Positions 1-10,880 are shown, counted from the first letter of the stretch. The stretch is 49,779 nucleotides of DNA from Nitrospinota bacterium (GCA_030754595.1 JASLZZ010000122.1:1-49779), one strand, 5' to 3'. Notes: generated from the sequence alone by a model not told the origin. Numbers and translations: made by a program.

Positions 1-142
1 GAAGTTACAGAAGGACCTGGATAAATACCTTCGGTTCTATAACACTAAGCGGCCACATCAGGGATACAGGAACATGGGGAAGCGGCCCATTGACACCGTG
101 GAGAGGTTCGTTAAATCGTCACGGAAGAAGGCTAGCTGAACA
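1..142 (+). mobile_element. IS481-family element, 3' end (transposase C-terminus at 2..139 plus right end)
   Basis: Frame 2 reads KLQKDLDKYLRFYNTKRPHQGYRNMGKRPIDTVERFVKSSRKKAS*, matching the YNxxRPHQGYRNMG C-terminal motif of IS481-type transposases. The stop is followed by ACA, the usual TGT...ACA end. Confidence 0.8.
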
Positions 143-168
143 TATATAGGATACGGGGCGGGGATGAG

Positions 169-2268
169 TTATTTCCCGGCTAATTCCCTCGCCCGGGCGG
201 CAATGTTTTCGGCCGAGAATCCGAATTTCTCGAAACTCACCTTGGCCGGGGCGCTCGCGCCAAAACCGCTCATCGCCACGACACCGCCCGAATCGCCCAC
301 CCACTCGAACCAGCCCTGGGCCGCGCCCGCCTCGACGGCCAACCGCGGGCCCGCGTCCGGAGCGAGGACCTCGTCGCGGTAGGCCTGGGGCTGCGCCCGG
401 AAAATATCCCAACTCGGCATGCTCACCACGCGGGCATCGACTCCGCCGCCGACGAGCAGATCCCGGGCGGCGAGACACGGAGCGACCTCCGAACCGGTCC
501 CAATCAGGGTGACGTCGGGAGCCGCCCCGCTTTCCCGCGCGAGAATGTAGGCGCCCCTCAGCACGCCCTCGGCCCCCCCCATGCTAGAGCGGTCCACGGT
601 CGGGAGCCCCTGCCGCGTCAGCACCAGCATGGTCGGGCCGTCTCGCCGCTCAATCGCCGCCCGCCAGGCATGGGCCGTCTCGTTCGCATCGGCCGGCCGA
701 ATCAGCGACAGATTCGGCACAACCCGGAGGGAGGCGAGATGTTCGACGGGCTGGTGCGTCGGCCCGTCCTCGCCGAGCCCGATGGAATCATGCGTCATGA
801 TGTAGATCACCGGCAGGTTCATCAAGGCGGCCAGCCGGATGGCGGGCCTCGCATAATCGGTGAACACAAAAAACGTCGCCGCGTACGGGCGGACGCCGCC
901 GTGAAGAGCCATCCCCGAGGAAGCGGAGCACATGACATGCTCCCGCACCCCCCACCGCATGTTGCGGCCCGAGAAATTACCCTTAACGAAATCGCCTTCT
1001 CCAGAGATCAGGGAATTGTTCGATCCGGCGAGATCGGCACTTCCCCCCTGGAGCCAGGGAATTTTGCCGGCGATGGCGTTGAGGACCTTCCCGGAGGCCG
1101 CCCGGGTCGCGAGCGCGCCATCTCCGGGGTCGAAAACGGGAATGTCCTCGTCCCAACCGGGAGGAGGGTCGCCCTTGAGCGCGGCTTCAAACCGCGCGGC
1201 CGGCTCCGGGTCGGCGGCCCGATAGTCCTCGAGCCTCAGGCGCCACGCCGCCTCGGCCTCGCGGCCCCGCTCCACCGCCGCTTCCATGTGGGCCGACACT
1301 TCGTCCGGCACGAGAAACTTCTCCTCCTCGGGCCAGCCGTAGCTTTTCTTCGTGAGCGCGACCTCCTCTTCGCCGAGCGGGGCTCCGTGTGCGGCCGCCG
1401 TGTCCTGAAAGTTCGGAGAGCCGAAACCGATGTGCGAGCGCAAGATGATGAGCGAGGGCCGGGCCGCCTCGTCGCGGGCGCTTCGGAACGCTCCCTCGAT
1501 CGCGCCCAGATCGTTTGCCGCGTCGCCGAGGTTCTGGACCTGCCACCCATAGCTTTCGAACCTCCCGGCGACATCCTCAGTGTAGGCCAGCTCCGTCGAG
1601 CCCTCGATGGTGATGCGGTTGTCGTCGAAGAGGATAACGAGTTTCCCGAGGCCGAGATGACCGGCAAGCGAAGCCGCTTCGTGCGAGGCGCCCTCCATCA
1701 GATCGCCGTCGCTGGCGAAAACGTAGGTGTGATGTCCCACGATCTCGCGGCCCTCGCGATTGAACACCGACGCCAGGTGGGCTTCGGCGATGGCCATCCC
1801 GACGGCGTTCATGATTCCCTGACCCAGCGGGCCCGTCGTCGTCTCGACGCCTGGCGTCAATCCATACTCGGGGTGTCCCGGGGTCTTGCTCCCCCATTGC
1901 CTGAAATTGACGATCTCCTCGAGAGGAAGATCGTAGCCGGTCAAGTGAAGAAGCGAGTAGAGCAGCGTTGAGGCGTGGCCGCACGAGAGCACGAACCGGT
2001 CGCGGTCGAACCAGTCCGGGTTCCTCGGATTGAAGCGCATGATGCGGGAGAAAAGAACGTAGGCGGCGGGCGCCAGCGCCATCGGGGTTCCGGGATGCCC
2101 GGAATTCGCTTTCTGAACCGCGTCCATCGACAGCGTTCGAATCGTGTTGACGCAAAGATCGTCCAGAGGCGGCGAAGAAACGACACCGGTCCGCTCCGCT
2201 CCCTCCGGACCTGATTTCATATTTTGAGGCATACCGAATGCACTTTCTTCAGGAAAAAACCCGCTCAC
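169..2268 (-). CDS. tkt: Transketolase (true start may be 2232 or 2220)
   Basis: [51 protein letters not shown] motifs. Confidence 0.97.
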   Translation of the reverse strand: MSGFFPEESAFGMPQNMKSGPEGAERTGVVSSPPLDDLCVNTIRTLSMDAVQKANSGHPGTPMALAPAAYVLFSRIMRFNPRNPDWFDRDRFVLSCGHASTLLYSLLHLTGYDLPLEEIVNFRQWGSKTPGHPEYGLTPGVETTTGPLGQGIMNAVGMAIAEAHLASVFNREGREIVGHHTYVFASDGDLMEGASHEAASLAGHLGLGKLVILFDDNRITIEGSTELAYTEDVAGRFESYGWQVQNLGDAANDLGAIEGAFRSARDEAARPSLIILRSHIGFGSPNFQDTAAAHGAPLGEEEVALTKKSYGWPEEEKFLVPDEVSAHMEAAVERGREAEAAWRLRLEDYRAADPEPAARFEAALKGDPPPGWDEDIPVFDPGDGALATRAASGKVLNAIAGKIPWLQGGSADLAGSNNSLISGEGDFVKGNFSGRNMRWGVREHVMCSASSGMALHGGVRPYAATFFVFTDYARPAIRLAALMNLPVIYIMTHDSIGLGEDGPTHQPVEHLASLRVVPNLSLIRPADANETAHAWRAAIERRDGPTMLVLTRQGLPTVDRSSMGGAEGVLRGAYILARESGAAPDVTLIGTGSEVAPCLAARDLLVGGGVDARVVSMPSWDIFRAQPQAYRDEVLAPDAGPRLAVEAGAAQGWFEWVGDSGGVVAMSGFGASAPAKVSFEKFGFSAENIAARARELAGK

Positions 2269-2387
2269 CGATTACGGAGATAAAACCAAATCGGATCCAC
2301 GCCGGCCGGACGCCGGACCACGTGAATTTGGATCGTTTCAGATAATTGTCAATCCGCGCCGCCGCCCGGTTCCCCCAGTGAACCCGG

Positions 2388-4694
2388 CTACATTCGTGCC
2401 TTTCTCCGCTGAATCGTCCGGAGCCAACCCTCCAGTGACTTGACCACATCGCTATGCGGCCCCGAATAGGATGGCTCCGCATCTTCAATAACCTCTTCGG
2501 CGGGCCGGGGCAAGTCCCCCTCCCCGCTTTCCGCCAGCCTGGCCTCAAGCTCCTGTATTTTCGCTTCAAGCCACGCCGAGTCCCGTTCCGCCGTCAACGC
2601 CTTGCGGCACAGATCGAGTGCCAGCGGGGCGTTCCCCTCATTAATATACATATCGATGATCCCGCTCATCATCTCCTCGGCCTTACTCAGAGCGGGCGAG
2701 GGAGCGGACTCGGGAGCAGGCTCCTCCATCGCCGCCATATCCCCGGTAATATCCGCCTCCCCCGGCGCCGCTTCGGCGGCCTCGGAGAGATCAGCGGGCT
2801 CAGTCTCGGGCGCGGCCTCGGGAGCGGGCTCCTCAGTCAGAGAGATCGATTCTTGAGGCAGGCCCTCCTGAGGCGGCGACTCTGGGGGCTCTGCCTCAAG
2901 ATTTGAAACCTCTGGAGTTGAAGACTCCGGAGTCAAAACCTGGGACTCTTCCTCCTCCTCGAAAACCACCGATTCGAGATAGACATCCTCCCCGGATTCG
3001 GCCTCCAATTCCGCCCCGGCCTCTCCCGGCTCATCGGAAGCCGAGGGCTCATCTGTGGACGGGGCCTCTTCGGCGGCGGCGTCATTTTCAATTTCCGCCA
3101 TTTCCTCGGCGAAAAGGGCGTCGAGATCATCTCCCTCCCCGGCGGCGTCCTCACCGAGGGCGGGCCCTTCAAGGGCGGGCTCCTCAACAGCGGGGCCTTC
3201 TTCTCCTTCGGGCACCTCTTCCAGAGCCGCCTCGGCGACCGGATCCGCTTCATCCGAAACCTCAGAAACCTCCGCGGCGATGGGCTCTTCCGCTATTATC
3301 GCCTCCGCATCGCCCGTGGAAATTTCGGCATCCTCCGGAAGAAGAGCCTCCTCCGGCGCCCCTTCCGGGACCTCCGCCGAAACGGACTCTCCAAGCTCCT
3401 CCTCGAACAGGGCATCCAAATCACCGAAGCCCTCGTCGGCCCCGGCTTCTTCCGCCCCGGCCTCCGCCGCAGCCTCTTCCCCGCCGGGCTCGTCGGGCGG
3501 CTCCCCGAGGGCGGCCAGATCGTCGGCCTCCTCGGCCAGCAGCACATCGAACTCGTTCAGATCGACCGCCCCGGCCTCCAATTCCGCACCGGCCTCCGCC
3601 GCAGCCTCTTCCCCGCCGGGCTCGTCGGGCGGCTCCCCGAGAGCGGCCAGATCGTCGGCCTCCGCCGCAGCCTCTTCCTCGCCGGGTTCGTCGGGCGGCT
3701 CCCCGAGGGCGGCCAGATCGTCGGACTCATCCACGGCATCCGCATCCGCTACAGGCGCGGGAGCGGATGGCTCCTCAGACTCATCGGCGAACAGGGCATC
3801 GAGATCGTCCACCTCACCGCCCGCGTCCGCCGCGGCAGGCGCGGGGGCGGCGGCCTCTTCCGGCTCATCGGCGAACAGGGCATCGAGATCGTCCACTTCG
3901 CCGCCAGCGGCCTCGTCAAGGATCGAATCGAAATCCTCAAGCTCTGGGGACTCGGCGGCCCCATCATCTCCTCCGGCAGCCTCGGCAAGGATGGCGTCAA
4001 AATCCTCAGGCTCAGACGCGGCCTCGGCGCCAACCTCGGGTGCGGCCCCGCCGCCGGCGCCGAGTTGATCCTGAAGATCGGAGATTTTTTCGAGGTAATC
4101 GGTATTCTCCGGGTCCTCTTCGGCGAGAGTTCGGTAGACATCCAGTGCTTTTTCGAGATGACCTTGGGAGACATAAAGCTCGGCGAGCGATTCGGTAGGC
4201 ACGGCATCGCCAGCCTCCTCGATCAGGGCCTCCCCGACCGACACCTCGCCCCTCGCGGGGGCGGAGGGGACGTAAGCCGGAGCGGCTCCGCCTTCCTTGA
4301 GAGCGGCTGCGGCGGCATCGCCCGGATCGAACATGCCGATCGCCACGAGAGCGCGGCGCACCCCTCCCTCGTCGCCCGACTTCTTGTGGCAATCCATGAG
4401 GAAGCGCTGTGCGGCGAGATTCCAGGGGGATCGCGCAATCGCCTTTTCGAGTTCGCTCGCCGCGTCGCCGATTTGATCTTTCGCCAGGTAAATTTCGCCG
4501 AGAAGGACGCGGGGGGCGGTGTAGGCCGCGTGGTGCTGGAGGCCGCTCGTCAGAAGGTCGATGGCCTTATCGGCATCGCCCTTCTCCCAGTTGAGGCCGG
4601 CAAGCGGAAAAAACGCCGGGGAGGCCGGATCGTCGGCAAGCTGTGCCTCGAGAGCCTGAATCCTGGAATCGATATCGCCTAGTCGAGATGCCAT
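2388..4694 (-). CDS. Tetratricopeptide-repeat protein with a long acidic low-complexity repeat region
   Basis: TPR-like helices at the N-terminus (DPASPAFFPLA, LLGEIYLAK, TESLAELYVSQGH), then about 500 aa rich in E/D/A/P. Start placed at MASRLG (4694) to avoid overlap with the divergent gene. Confidence 0.8.
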   Translation of the reverse strand: MASRLGDIDSRIQALEAQLADDPASPAFFPLAGLNWEKGDADKAIDLLTSGLQHHAAYTAPRVLLGEIYLAKDQIGDAASELEKAIARSPWNLAAQRFLMDCHKKSGDEGGVRRALVAIGMFDPGDAAAAALKEGGAAPAYVPSAPARGEVSVGEALIEEAGDAVPTESLAELYVSQGHLEKALDVYRTLAEEDPENTDYLEKISDLQDQLGAGGGAAPEVGAEAASEPEDFDAILAEAAGGDDGAAESPELEDFDSILDEAAGGEVDDLDALFADEPEEAAAPAPAAADAGGEVDDLDALFADESEEPSAPAPVADADAVDESDDLAALGEPPDEPGEEEAAAEADDLAALGEPPDEPGGEEAAAEAGAELEAGAVDLNEFDVLLAEEADDLAALGEPPDEPGGEEAAAEAGAEEAGADEGFGDLDALFEEELGESVSAEVPEGAPEEALLPEDAEISTGDAEAIIAEEPIAAEVSEVSDEADPVAEAALEEVPEGEEGPAVEEPALEGPALGEDAAGEGDDLDALFAEEMAEIENDAAAEEAPSTDEPSASDEPGEAGAELEAESGEDVYLESVVFEEEEESQVLTPESSTPEVSNLEAEPPESPPQEGLPQESISLTEEPAPEAAPETEPADLSEAAEAAPGEADITGDMAAMEEPAPESAPSPALSKAEEMMSGIIDMYINEGNAPLALDLCRKALTAERDSAWLEAKIQELEARLAESGEGDLPRPAEEVIEDAEPSYSGPHSDVVKSLEGWLRTIQRRKARM
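3459..3896. repeat. Intragenic direct repeats (about 66 bp x3; about 33 bp x2)
   Basis: Encodes DDLAALGEPPDEPG(G/E)EEAAAEA three times and GGEVDDLDALFADE twice. Confidence 0.9.
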
Positions 4695-4856
4695 TAGAGT
4701 CTGCCGGACGGGATGGAATAAACAATAACAACGTAAGGCTAGCAAAGCCCACTTTCCCTGACAAGGCTTGAAGATCAACCCTTTACCCGCCTTGAACCGG
4801 AAACGTATACTCCACGGACCCCTTCTCGATATTCCGCCGGGAGATAGAATTCGAAG

Positions 4857-6986
4857 ATGATTCAAATTGGCATCGACGCCGGGGGAACATTCACGGATTT
4901 TTGGGTGACGGAGGACTCCACCGGCCTATCTCCCGAATACGAGGGAGCCCCCCATAAAACCCCCTCGATGCCGGAGGACCCCTCCCGGGCGGTCATCCGG
5001 GGGCTCGGGGAAATCGCCGCCGCGCGGGGGGTAACCACAGGGGATCTCCTCGAAGACACCCGCCTCATTGTCCACGGTACGACCGTTGCGACCAACGCCG
5101 TCCTCACCGAAAGCGGCGCCCGGGCCGGCCTCATCACCACCCAAGGTTTCAGGGATATTCTCGAAATGCGCCGGGGCTGGCGCGAGGATTTTTTCGACAA
5201 CAAGCGGCCGCTGCCCAAACCCCTCATCCGCCGGGCGCTGCGTCGCACGGTGGCGGGCCGCCTAGATGAGACCGGGGCCGAACTCGAACCCCTCGACGAG
5301 GCCAGTGTGCGCGAGGAGGCCCTGAGGCTCAGGGCGGAAGGCGCCGAGTCGGTCGCCCTTTGCTTCATGCACGCCTGGGCGAATCCGGAGCACGAAAAGC
5401 GGGCGGCCGAGATCGTACGCGAAACGTTCCCCGAGGCGTTTCTGACCGTCTCCTCGGAACTCTTGCCCCAGATTCGCCTCTTTGAGCGAGTGAGCACCTG
5501 CGCCTTCAACGCCTATGTCGGTCCCATCATCCAAAAATATCTGGAGAAGCTCGACAGCGCGCTTCGCGGACTCGGCTTCGGGGGCGCCTTCCTCATCATG
5601 GGCTCCCACGGCGGGGTCATGACCGTCCCCGTCGCCGCGCGGCGGGCCGCTGCCTCCCTGCTCTCGGGTCCGGCCGCGGCCCCCGTCGCCGCGGGCCGGG
5701 TGGCCGCTCCGCACGGAATCGAGGACTACATCGTCACCGACATGGGCGGGACCAGCTTCGATGTCGCTCTCGTCCAGGGCGGCGAGCCCCTCGTATCCCA
5801 GGAAAACTGGCTCGGCGGCAAGCGAATCGCCCTGCCCTCGCTGGACATCCACACCCTGGGCGCGGGCGGGGGAAGCGTCGCCTGGGCCGACCGGGGGGGC
5901 ATCCTCCACATCGGCCCCGAGAGCGCCGGGGCGAGCCCCGGGCCCGCCTGCTATGGCCAGGGCGGCCTGAAGCCCACGGCCACCGACGCCTGCCTGGCTC
6001 TGGGCTATCTGGACCCCGAATATTTTCTCGGAGGAAAGGTCCGCCTCGACCCCCAAGCCGCCGTCGAGGCCATTAACCGGGGCGTCGCCGAGCCGATGGG
6101 GATGCCGGCCGAGGAGGCGGCGCTGGGAATCTACGAGTTCATCTGCGTCCAGATGGCGGCGGGAATCCGCGAGGTGACCGTCCGCTGGGGGCTCGACCCG
6201 CGCGATTTCCTGATGCTGGCGGCGGGAGGGGCGGGACCGCTTCACGCCAATCACATCGCGCGCGAGCTGGGCATCTCCCTCATTATGGCTCCCAGGGACT
6301 CGGCCGTTTTTTGCGCGGCCGGCATGCTCGCCTCGGATCTGAAGTACGATCTTGCGGTAAGCTGGCGCGCGAGATTCATGGATCTCGTCCCGGAGGAGCT
6401 GGCCGCGCGCTTCCGTGCGCTCCGGGACCAGTGCCGGGCCGTCCTCGCCGAGCAGGGAGTCCCCGGGGAGCGCATGCGGTTCGAGCCGGGGATGGACATC
6501 CGCTACATCGGCCAATACCACGAGGTCGGCGTCCCCCTGCCCACCGAGATGATCGATGCACCCGATATCGGCGGCATCCTCGGCCGATTTCACGAGCGCC
6601 ACGACACCCTCTACGGCTACGCCACTAGCGAGATGCCGGCGGAGTGCATCACGATGCGCATGAGCGCCCGCGGCCGGATGGACCGCCCCGAAACCCTTTC
6701 CCCAAAAATAGGCGAGCCACCCGCCGCGCCCCTCCCCCACGGCCGCCGGCCGATTCGCCTGCCCGGCGAGCCGCGTCGCCTCCCCGCCGATGTCTACCGG
6801 TCACTCACACCGGGGCAGCGAATCGCCGGGCCCGCCATCGTCGAGCGGCCGAACACGACCGTTCTCGTCTTGGGGGATTACGAACTCGCCTGCGACGCCT
6901 CGGGCAACTATATTATCTGGCCCGAAACCAAGTCCGGGGAGATGCGCGCCCGCTTTCTTTCTGACGCCAGGGACGACCGGGGATGA
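4857..6986 (+). CDS. Hydantoinase A / 5-oxoprolinase family ATP-binding subunit
   Basis: GIDAGGTFTD, HGTTVATNA, SGPAA, DMGGTSFD, GAGGGS, PGPACYGQGG motifs. Confidence 0.93.
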   Translation: MIQIGIDAGGTFTDFWVTEDSTGLSPEYEGAPHKTPSMPEDPSRAVIRGLGEIAAARGVTTGDLLEDTRLIVHGTTVATNAVLTESGARAGLITTQGFRDILEMRRGWREDFFDNKRPLPKPLIRRALRRTVAGRLDETGAELEPLDEASVREEALRLRAEGAESVALCFMHAWANPEHEKRAAEIVRETFPEAFLTVSSELLPQIRLFERVSTCAFNAYVGPIIQKYLEKLDSALRGLGFGGAFLIMGSHGGVMTVPVAARRAAASLLSGPAAAPVAAGRVAAPHGIEDYIVTDMGGTSFDVALVQGGEPLVSQENWLGGKRIALPSLDIHTLGAGGGSVAWADRGGILHIGPESAGASPGPACYGQGGLKPTATDACLALGYLDPEYFLGGKVRLDPQAAVEAINRGVAEPMGMPAEEAALGIYEFICVQMAAGIREVTVRWGLDPRDFLMLAAGGAGPLHANHIARELGISLIMAPRDSAVFCAAGMLASDLKYDLAVSWRARFMDLVPEELAARFRALRDQCRAVLAEQGVPGERMRFEPGMDIRYIGQYHEVGVPLPTEMIDAPDIGGILGRFHERHDTLYGYATSEMPAECITMRMSARGRMDRPETLSPKIGEPPAAPLPHGRRPIRLPGEPRRLPADVYRSLTPGQRIAGPAIVERPNTTVLVLGDYELACDASGNYIIWPETKSGEMRARFLSDARDDRG

Positions 6987-8725
6987 GCGTGAACGGCATC
7001 GACCCCATCCTCGCCTCCGTCCTCCAGCGGCGGCTGCGCTCGATCACCGAGGAAATGGCCCTCACCCTCCTTCACACCACCCGCTCGCCCATCCTCTCGG
7101 AGGGCCGGGATTTCGCCACCGGCATCTACCGGACGAACGGCGACATGCTCGAGCAGACCGAGTACACCGCGCTCCTTGGCTTCGCCCTTCAACCCTCGCT
7201 CAAGGCCTGCATCGAATATTTCGGGGACGACATCGGGCCCGGCGACGTGATCTTTCACAACGACGTTTACAACGCCGGAAACCAGATCAACGATCTGGGC
7301 GTGTTCAAACCCATTTTCCTCGAGGGCGAGCTCGTCGCGTGGGCCGCCTGCAAGGCCCATCAGGCGGACCTGGGCGGGGGCGCTCCCGGCGGCTACAACC
7401 CGGGCGCCACCGAGGTCTGGCACGAGGGCCTTCGGGTGCCGCCCCTGAAGATGTGGGCGGGCGGGAAGCTCCGCCGGGATGTCTGGGACTTTCTCCTCGC
7501 CAACACCCGCCTCGACATCGTCGCCGAGGATGCAAAGGCCTGCGCCGGCTCCTGCAACGTGGGCGAGCGGCGCGTACTCGTTGTATTGGACCGCTACGGC
7601 CGCGATGTCTTCGACCGCCATATGGACTACGTCATCGACGGCGCCGAGCGGATCATGCGGGGCGAGATCGCCGCCATGCCCGACGGTGTGTACCGGGGCG
7701 AGTCGTTCCTCGCCAACGACGGTCATCAGGAGGGCGTCCGCCACAAAGTAGTCTGCACGGTCACCATCGCGGGCGATTCGATCAAATTCGACTACACGGG
7801 CTCGGCGGGCCCGACGCCCGGCTACGCGAACGCGCCGCTTCACGCCGCGACAAGCGGCCTGATGATCGCTGTCCTGATGAACGTCAATCCGCAGATTCCG
7901 CACAACGCGGGAATTCTCCGGCCCCTCGAAATGATCTTCCCCGAGAACTCGATGCTGAACGCCAAGTTCCCCCATGCCACCAGCTACGGCAACCACCTCA
8001 CCCACCAGATATGGGAGGCCGCCGTGAAGGCGCTCGCCCAGGCGGTGCCCCACAGCGTCACCGCCGGATGGAACAAGTGCTACTGGGGGATGTCGAGCGG
8101 TCTCGACGGGCGGAGCGGCCGCCGCTACGTCGATTTTTTCCTGTTCGCGATGAAGGGGGGATCGGGAGCAACCGAAGGCCTCGACGGCTTCGCCCATCTG
8201 GGCACGGTGATGACGGGCGGGGCGATGACCGCGCAGGACCCCGAAATGCACGAGGTCCAGACCCCCCACCGCCTTCATCACTTCGAATTCGAGATCGACT
8301 CGGCCGGCCCCGGACGCTGGCGCGGCGGGCTCGGCATTCGATCAAAGTGGACGATCCTGGGCCAGGACGCCAAGGTCATCATGTTCGGCCAGCAGACCGA
8401 GCCCGGGGAGGAGCCCTTCGGCCTCTTCGGCGGTAAGCCCGCCGGTCTCAACACCGCCCACCTCACCCATCCCGACGGGCGCCAACGCTGGCCCAAGGGC
8501 CACGAAATCATTCCGGACGCGGACGGCGCGGTTATCGAGATGACCGCTTCGGGCGGCGGCGGGTACGGGGACCCGAGACTGCGGCCCGCCGACCTGATCC
8601 GGGAAGAAGTGCGCGACGAAATTATTTCAATCGAATCGGCACGGCGCGACTACGGGGTGGCGCTCGATCCCCTGACGCTCGAAATCGATGAAGAGGAAAC
8701 CGCGCGCCGTCGGAAAAGGCCTTAA
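6983..8725 (+). CDS. Hydantoinase B / oxoprolinase family subunit
   Basis: PGDVIFHNDVY, AHQADLGG, DSAGPGRWRGGLG, GGGGYGDP motifs; ATGA overlap with subunit A. Confidence 0.93.
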   Translation: MSVNGIDPILASVLQRRLRSITEEMALTLLHTTRSPILSEGRDFATGIYRTNGDMLEQTEYTALLGFALQPSLKACIEYFGDDIGPGDVIFHNDVYNAGNQINDLGVFKPIFLEGELVAWAACKAHQADLGGGAPGGYNPGATEVWHEGLRVPPLKMWAGGKLRRDVWDFLLANTRLDIVAEDAKACAGSCNVGERRVLVVLDRYGRDVFDRHMDYVIDGAERIMRGEIAAMPDGVYRGESFLANDGHQEGVRHKVVCTVTIAGDSIKFDYTGSAGPTPGYANAPLHAATSGLMIAVLMNVNPQIPHNAGILRPLEMIFPENSMLNAKFPHATSYGNHLTHQIWEAAVKALAQAVPHSVTAGWNKCYWGMSSGLDGRSGRRYVDFFLFAMKGGSGATEGLDGFAHLGTVMTGGAMTAQDPEMHEVQTPHRLHHFEFEIDSAGPGRWRGGLGIRSKWTILGQDAKVIMFGQQTEPGEEPFGLFGGKPAGLNTAHLTHPDGRQRWPKGHEIIPDADGAVIEMTASGGGGYGDPRLRPADLIREEVRDEIISIESARRDYGVALDPLTLEIDEEETARRRKRP

Positions 8726-9018
8726 ATCCGGAATTCCCTGATGGGTTCATGATTTTCGCAATATTCATTCCTGCTTCGATTTATCATTCAATCAGTTAAT
8801 CCTTCTTCTCATCCGCTGATGGAGAACACCCGGTGGGTAAAACCGCGAAAGACCCTCTGAGAGTCCATTTCGGCCGTACCCGGGCCGGTGAACCATTTGG
8901 TCCGCTCAGCTGTTGGGAAAAGAATGATGGCTTGGAATAGTCATTTGAGACTACAATATCTTTATTCAAAAGACCTTGTGGAAAATATCGGCTCAAACGA
9001 TTGAACGGGTAATTTCCG

Positions 9019-9528
9019 GTGAAGAAATCCAAGGCAAGCCAAACAATAATTACCTTGAAAGAATAGGAGCGACGCAAGGAGTTTGTCGGTTTCACCGACG
9101 AAGATGTGCAACTGCTTATGGAGTATAACCAAATCGCGGAAGTCCACGCGAACGAGGTTGTGGAAAAGTTGTATCAGCACTTCCTGCGATTTGAGGAAAC
9201 AAAAGCCTTCTTCCGGGACGACATGACGCTCCTCCGTGTTACGGACCTTCAGAAAGAGTACTTCCTCGGGCTAACGAAAGGCGACTATGGCGAAGAATAT
9301 TTGGCGAACCGCCTGCGCATTGGAATCCTCCATCAGCAACTTGGCTTGTCGCCCTGCTGGTATATGGGGTCGTATTCGATTTATTTGGAGTTGGTCATTT
9401 CCTTCGTACTGGCAGCTTATGGATCTGACCTTGAGAAAGCGCGGCGAACTCTGGTGGCTTTAGTCAAGATCATCCAGTTGGACCAAGAATTGGCAATGAC
9501 GGCTTATTTATTGTCCCCACTCCCGTAA
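9019..9528 (+). pseudogene. Protoglobin / globin-coupled-sensor globin domain with an in-frame TAG at 9064-9066 (intact ORF 9106..9528)
   Basis: ERRKEFVGFTDEDVQLL, LYQHFLRFEET, LQKEYF, RLRIGILHQQLGL, WYMGSY, IQLDQELAMTAY are typical sensor-globin features. The frame is open from GTG 9019 except for one TAG. Lower GC than the flanks. Confidence 0.65.
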
Positions 9529-9615
9529 TATTCCTGTTCAAATGGTTTATCAGGCATAAACCAATTCAAGGAATCAAATGGGAAATGTCGGATAGTTTTA
9601 TCGGCGTGGGCCGAA

Positions 9616-10050
9616 TCAGGATGAAACCAGCGGGCCGCCGTACAGGCGGTGCTCGACCATGATTCAAAGATCCATGACGACCTTGAGGCCCGCCCGCTCG
9701 GCGCGGGCCGCGGCTTCCTCGTCGATGACGCCTTTTTGGAGCCAGATCGCCCGCGCCCCGGCGGCGATGGCTTCGTCCACCACCCCGCTCACGAAACGAC
9801 TCCGCCGGAAAACGTTCACCATCTCGGGGGGCTCGGGCAGCGCGGAGAGCCGGGGATAGCACCGCTCGCCGAGGAGTTCATCGTGACCGGGATTGACGGG
9901 AACAATCTCGTAGCCCGCCTGTTGCATGTAGACGCTCACGTAATGGCTGGGCCGGTGTTCCTTGGGCGAGAGACCCACCACGGCGATGCGCCGGAACTCC
10001 CGGAGCACCTGCCGGACGGCCCCTGAATCCTGAAAATCGGCGCCGCTCAT
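9616..10050 (-). CDS. YccU-family CoA-binding protein, predicted selenoprotein (TGA 9664-9666 = U129)
   Basis: IAVVGLSPK, IVPVNP, VFRRS, WLQKG motifs. The frame continues past the TGA as VVMDL-U-IMVEHRLY, versus the family pattern VVMDRCxxxEH. Confidence 0.8.
9629..9653 (-). promoter_or_regulatory. Candidate bacterial SECIS of the CoA-binding protein gene
   Basis: AGC-A-CCGCC-[UGUAC]-GGCGG-CCC-GCU hairpin; loop begins at +20 after the UGA. Confidence 0.5.
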
Positions 10051-10880
10051 TCGCTTATTTCTGCCTCCGGGGTCCGGTGGTCGCTTACTTCCCACTCCCT
10101 CAAATGGTCCCGGAGCGATTCGGGGCTGTCGGCCGCGCCTAAAAACGCGGCCACGGCCTCCTCGTCGGTATCGTAGAGCGGATAGCACGACGCCGGGGCC
10201 GCCCCGCCGGGCAGGTGGACCACCGCGTCCACCATGAACCCCGGTATATTCGTCCGCTCGGGTTTGTCCTCGAAAAACTTCGTCTCGACGATGCGCTCGG
10301 CGGTGAGGATGACGCCCTCGGAGGCCCGGGAGAGGAGCACATCCTCGAACGGGCCGCCGTCGATCCGCGCATTGCCGGCCGCGTCGGCGTGCTGAACGTG
10401 GACCACCGCCCAGTCGGGCCGGATTTTGGGGATCATGTAAACGCTCTTCCCCGTGTAGGGGTCCTCGGCCTGGAGGAACCCCGAGCTCGCCGGGGTGTCC
10501 GAGCCGTCGAACCCCGAGACCGGCTGGCTCGGAAGCCCATAGGCCGAGGCGCGCAGGCCCGCGATCACGCTGTAGCAGGCGTGCTCCACCACCCGGATTT
10601 CCCCGCTCTCGACCCCGCGCCGGTAGGAGGGCGCCATGCCGAAGAGGTTTTCGTAGCCGATGTAGCCCGCCCGCACCTCGGCCACCGCCCCCGCCGCGCA
10701 GAGGAGATCGATCTCGTAGGCCCCCGCCGTTTTAATCATGATGAGATTCCGGCGGCCCTGACGCGCAAGCTCGCGGGCGAAGGCCGACGGGGTGCGCGAG
10801 AGCGAATTGCCGCCCAGCGCGATCATCTGACCGTCCCGGACGAGGCCGCCGGCCTCTGAGAGAGATATCAGCTTGCTCAC
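10047..10880 (-). CDS. Family I CoA-transferase-fold alpha subunit (GctA/IpdA-like), Cys102 paralogue
   Basis: DLLCAAG, EHACYSVIAGLRASAYGLP, DPYTG, RPDWAVVHVQHADAAGNARI, VDAVVHLPGGAAP motifs; AGGAGG RBS before the GTG. Confidence 0.9.
   Translation of the reverse strand: MSKLISLSEAGGLVRDGQMIALGGNSLSRTPSAFARELARQGRRNLIMIKTAGAYEIDLLCAAGAVAEVRAGYIGYENLFGMAPSYRRGVESGEIRVVEHACYSVIAGLRASAYGLPSQPVSGFDGSDTPASSGFLQAEDPYTGKSVYMIPKIRPDWAVVHVQHADAAGNARIDGGPFEDVLLSRASEGVILTAERIVETKFFEDKPERTNIPGFMVDAVVHLPGGAAPASCYPLYDTDEEAVAAFLGAADSPESLRDHLREWEVSDHRTPEAEISE

Noticed and set aside
3459..3896. CRISPR array
   Set aside because: The repeats are in-frame coding repeats without regular unique spacers, and no cas genes are present.
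8820..8900. c-di-GMP-type riboswitch upstream of the globin
   Set aside because: Only a GAAA-containing fragment; the paired stems and second-hairpin consensus are missing.
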